64,000 bases of DNA, from the NCBI RefSeq assembly GCF_964194025.1, contig NC_134471.1:23932001-23996000 (forward strand). The letters are read 5' to 3'. Below are positions 61,460-64,000 of this stretch, in pieces. The stretch is from Convolutriloba macropyga. Lineage: Eukaryota. Position numbers and translations under genes: made by a program. Positions within the stretch are counted from its first letter, which is position 1, and each line of letters begins with the position of its first letter. The notes below the pieces were generated by a model. That model was not told the origin of the DNA. It ran no database searches and saw only the letters and a program-made list of their open reading frames with translations.

Positions 61460-64000
61460 ATGAGTTCTTTGCATTCTTTACCTGTCTTTGGCGATCAATT
61501 TCAACCAACTCAAGCGCCGGCTGAAACTGCCTTTAATGGTACCCTTCAGAGCTACCATCTGCCGCCATCAACAACCCAAGCCAACACAGACCTTACTCAG
61601 TTTATGCTCCTGCATAAACCACAACTCGATTCGCTTATAGAACAAAAACTCTCACAAGAATCGCAAAAAGTTCAATTTTGTGCCCATCTTCAACTCCGAA
61701 AACCAAGTCAAAACGAAGATCAAGAAGATGAACTTATTGAAATTTATGCAAATTCGCTCATGACACCCGTTTACAGTCAGGGACTTAGCAGTGAGACCTT
61801 TTGGACTATGGTCGAGAAGACGATGATAGTGCTAACCACATTTGCTTCTAATGGTAGTGGTTGGGTGCTTGAGAAATTTATCAAAGCAATTGTAAACTTT
61901 GCCCGCTACCGACCTGTAACTGGCTCGTCTTACATTGCATTACCATCAAAATTACAAAAATGCCGCAGTTTACTTAATATTCGTAATCATGAGGACGCAA
62001 ATTGCTTCCTTTACTGCTATATTGCTGCATATCATATGCACAACACTATTAGCTTAGATCGACCAGGAAGGAACTACAACACAGACAAAACATCACCCGA
62101 AACTTACAAGCAAGCCAACCTCCATCAACCAACTGGACACTTCGATATGCCCATGGGGCTAGAAGACATCAATCAGTTCGAAAATCTCAATGAAAATCGA
62201 ATCAACGTTTTTGGTTATGATGGTAGAGACTTATTTCCACTCAGAGTGTCAAAGTTTTTCTCAAACTTCACAATGGATCTCTTGCTTTTATACGAAGCTG
62301 ACTGTTACCATTATGTATTGATAACCAACTTGGTCAAGGTAGTCTGTCAACTCCGAAATACCAAATTCCGCTTTGCGTTTCATATTAGCCGGAATTGTTT
62401 CTGGTTGTGTGAAGAAGGCCTTGCAAAGCTTACCGAACGTATGGAGACCTGCTGTGAAAATGCGCCGGCTGTTGTTCGATTACCAGCTCCGGGAAAAAAT
62501 TTATATAAAATCAAAAACTTGGCCGCTACATGGTTTGTTCCATTAGTCATTTACTTTGACTTCGAATCCTTCTTGTTTCCAGTAGCAGGATGCACGCCCC
62601 AAGGGAACAACGCATACACCAGAGTTATTGAAAAACACGAGCCCTGTGGTTTTTCACTTGCGGTAATTGATCACAACTCAACAAAACCCATCTTCTTCCA
62701 CGTTGACAGCTCTGAAGATTGCATTACTAAATTTGTAAACATGTTACACACACTAGCCAAGGATATATACAAGCGCAAACGAGCTTTTCCTTTCTTCAGA
62801 GGTGACCGTAGCCAGTATCCGAAAAGTGCAGCTAGGGAATGTTGGATATGTAACGAACCCTTTGACGATAATGATGAGCAGTCATCAATATATCTGGATC
62901 ACTGCCACTACAGCGGACAATTTCTCGGCTGGGCTCATGAAAAATGCAACCGAGCACGAAGAAACGTCAACTTTACCCCTGTGGTGGGTCATAATATACA
63001 AAATTATGATCTTCACCACATTTGTTTAGCCCTGCAATCTTGTGAGCCAACGACCACTGTAAGTGTAATTCCATCTACTGATGAAAAGTACATTTCCATG
63101 AACTTTGGAGTGCCCGTTGAGACCATAACCCTAGATGATGGAAAAGTGATCAAAAATTATGAAAATCTGAGGTTTATTGATTCATTCAAAATGATGATTT
63201 CGTCTCTCAAAAATTTGGTTGACATTTTACCAAGAGATCGTTTTGGAATACTTGCTTCTGTCTTTCCTAGCCTATCCTCAACAGAATTGAAGCTCCTCCA
63301 GCAAAAAGGATATTACCCCTATTCATATGTTAGCGGTCGAGAAAAGTTCAGCGAAAAATCCCTACCGCCACTTAATGAATGGCGTAACACTTTAGAAGGA
63401 AACGCAGTAACAATAACTCAAGAAAACTTGAACCATGCCAAGACGATGTGGAACACTCTGAATTGTCAAACTCTACAAGACTACCACGATACATACCTGA
63501 AAACCGATTGCGCTCTTCTCGCAGGCCTTTGTGAGTTCAACAGAGAGCTCAGTTTCTCCACCTACAAACTCGACTGCATGCACTTTTACACACTGCCAAA
63601 TATGGCTAAGGAAGCATCATTGAGAATATGCAAGGCAGAAGTCGAATTGCTTACAGAACGCGAGCACCTCGATATGATAGAAGGCGCAGTACGTGGGGGA
63701 GTATGTTCAGTCTACGAGATGAGAAAGTTTACAGCAAATAATAAATTTTTGCCAGATTATGACTCTTCACAACCCTCGACATTTGGCTTCTGCGTGGACG
63801 CCAATAACCTATACGGCGGCATCATGCAAAATGAAAAACTCCCTCAGTCAGATTTTACGCTGAACTCTGATATTACACTGGCTGAGATACTAAACTGTCC
63901 TGATGATAACCCTGTCGGTTACTTCGTGGAAGTCGACTTGCATTATCCAGCAAGTCTACACGATTACCATCAGGACTTCCCCCTCGCACCATCAAAAAGT
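61460..64000 (+). CDS. Protein-primed family-B DNA polymerase with endonuclease-VII-like insert (Polinton/adintovirus-like); open for 847 codons to the window end
   Basis: Absent from the ORF track, consistent with no stop in the window. The left-arm frameshift is absent (GGA GTG CCC GTT GAG ACC at ~63107). Motifs YFDFES, DHCHYSG..LGWAHEKCN, HNIQNYD, KGYYPY, YLKTD and DANNLYG are intact. Confidence 0.9.
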   Translation, partial: MSSLHSLPVFGDQFQPTQAPAETAFNGTLQSYHLPPSTTQANTDLTQFMLLHKPQLDSLIEQKLSQESQKVQFCAHLQLRKPSQNEDQEDELIEIYANSLMTPVYSQGLSSETFWTMVEKTMIVLTTFASNGSGWVLEKFIKAIVNFARYRPVTGSSYIALPSKLQKCRSLLNIRNHEDANCFLYCYIAAYHMHNTISLDRPGRNYNTDKTSPETYKQANLHQPTGHFDMPMGLEDINQFENLNENRINVFGYDGRDLFPLRVSKFFSNFTMDLLLLYEADCYHYVLITNLVKVVCQLRNTKFRFAFHISRNCFWLCEEGLAKLTERMETCCENAPAVVRLPAPGKNLYKIKNLAATWFVPLVIYFDFESFLFPVAGCTPQGNNAYTRVIEKHEPCGFSLAVIDHNSTKPIFFHVDSSEDCITKFVNMLHTLAKDIYKRKRAFPFFRGDRSQYPKSAARECWICNEPFDDNDEQSSIYLDHCHYSGQFLGWAHEKCNRARRNVNFTPVVGHNIQNYDLHHICLALQSCEPTTTVSVIPSTDEKYISMNFGVPVETITLDDGKVIKNYENLRFIDSFKMMISSLKNLVDILPRDRFGILASVFPSLSSTELKLLQQKGYYPYSYVSGREKFSEKSLPPLNEWRNTLEGNAVTITQENLNHAKTMWNTLNCQTLQDYHDTYLKTDCALLAGLCEFNRELSFSTYKLDCMHFYTLPNMAKEASLRICKAEVELLTEREHLDMIEGAVRGGVCSVYEMRKFTANNKFLPDYDSSQPSTFGFCVDANNLYGGIMQNEKLPQSDFTLNSDITLAEILNCPDDNPVGYFVEVDLHYPASLHDYHQDFPLAPSKS

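Larger units (their letters stand above)
50452..64000. repeat. Giant inverted duplication (head-to-head palindrome); arms ~50452-56935 and ~57541-64000, right arm running off the window
   Basis: Mirror ORFs: 52993-53247(-) with 61202-61456(+), 55566 with 58889, 55186-55374 with 59080-59268. Paired coordinates sum to about 114450 throughout. Arms differ by scattered SNPs and indels. Confidence 0.97.

Noticed and set aside
50163-64000. Complete canonical Polinton/Maverick
   Set aside because: No integrase, ATPase, protease, capsid, (AG)n termini or 6-bp TSD visible in the window; only the polymerase supports the affinity.

Overview
AT-rich, repeat-dense eukaryotic (animal, probably invertebrate) scaffold segment with two 200-N gaps. 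Two host genes lie on the + strand: a spliced acyl-CoA-binding-domain (ACBP/DBI family) gene (about 17350-24279) and, 358 bp downstream, a DUSP12/YVH1 dual-specificity phosphatase (24638-46053). The DUSP12 introns carry three things: an LTR retrotransposon with 2.7-kb LTRs, present as a solo LTR plus a 3'-LTR-with-internal copy and duplicating exon 2; a dispersed repeat family; and a decayed CR1/L2-type LINE (PHD ORF1, EN-RT ORF2) followed by an SGNH-esterase ORF. The first 17 kb is mostly nested tandem duplications with periods of about 1.92, 1.66 and 3.04 kb. The last 14 kb is a giant head-to-head palindrome (arms of 6.5 kb or more, 14-nt spacer, ~426-bp repeats next to the axis). It is built from a Polinton/adintovirus-like element encoding a triple C2H2 zinc finger plus a protein-primed family-B DNA polymerase with an endonuclease-VII-like insert. 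All alignments and translations were done by eye; repeat boundaries are approximate unless a junction is quoted.
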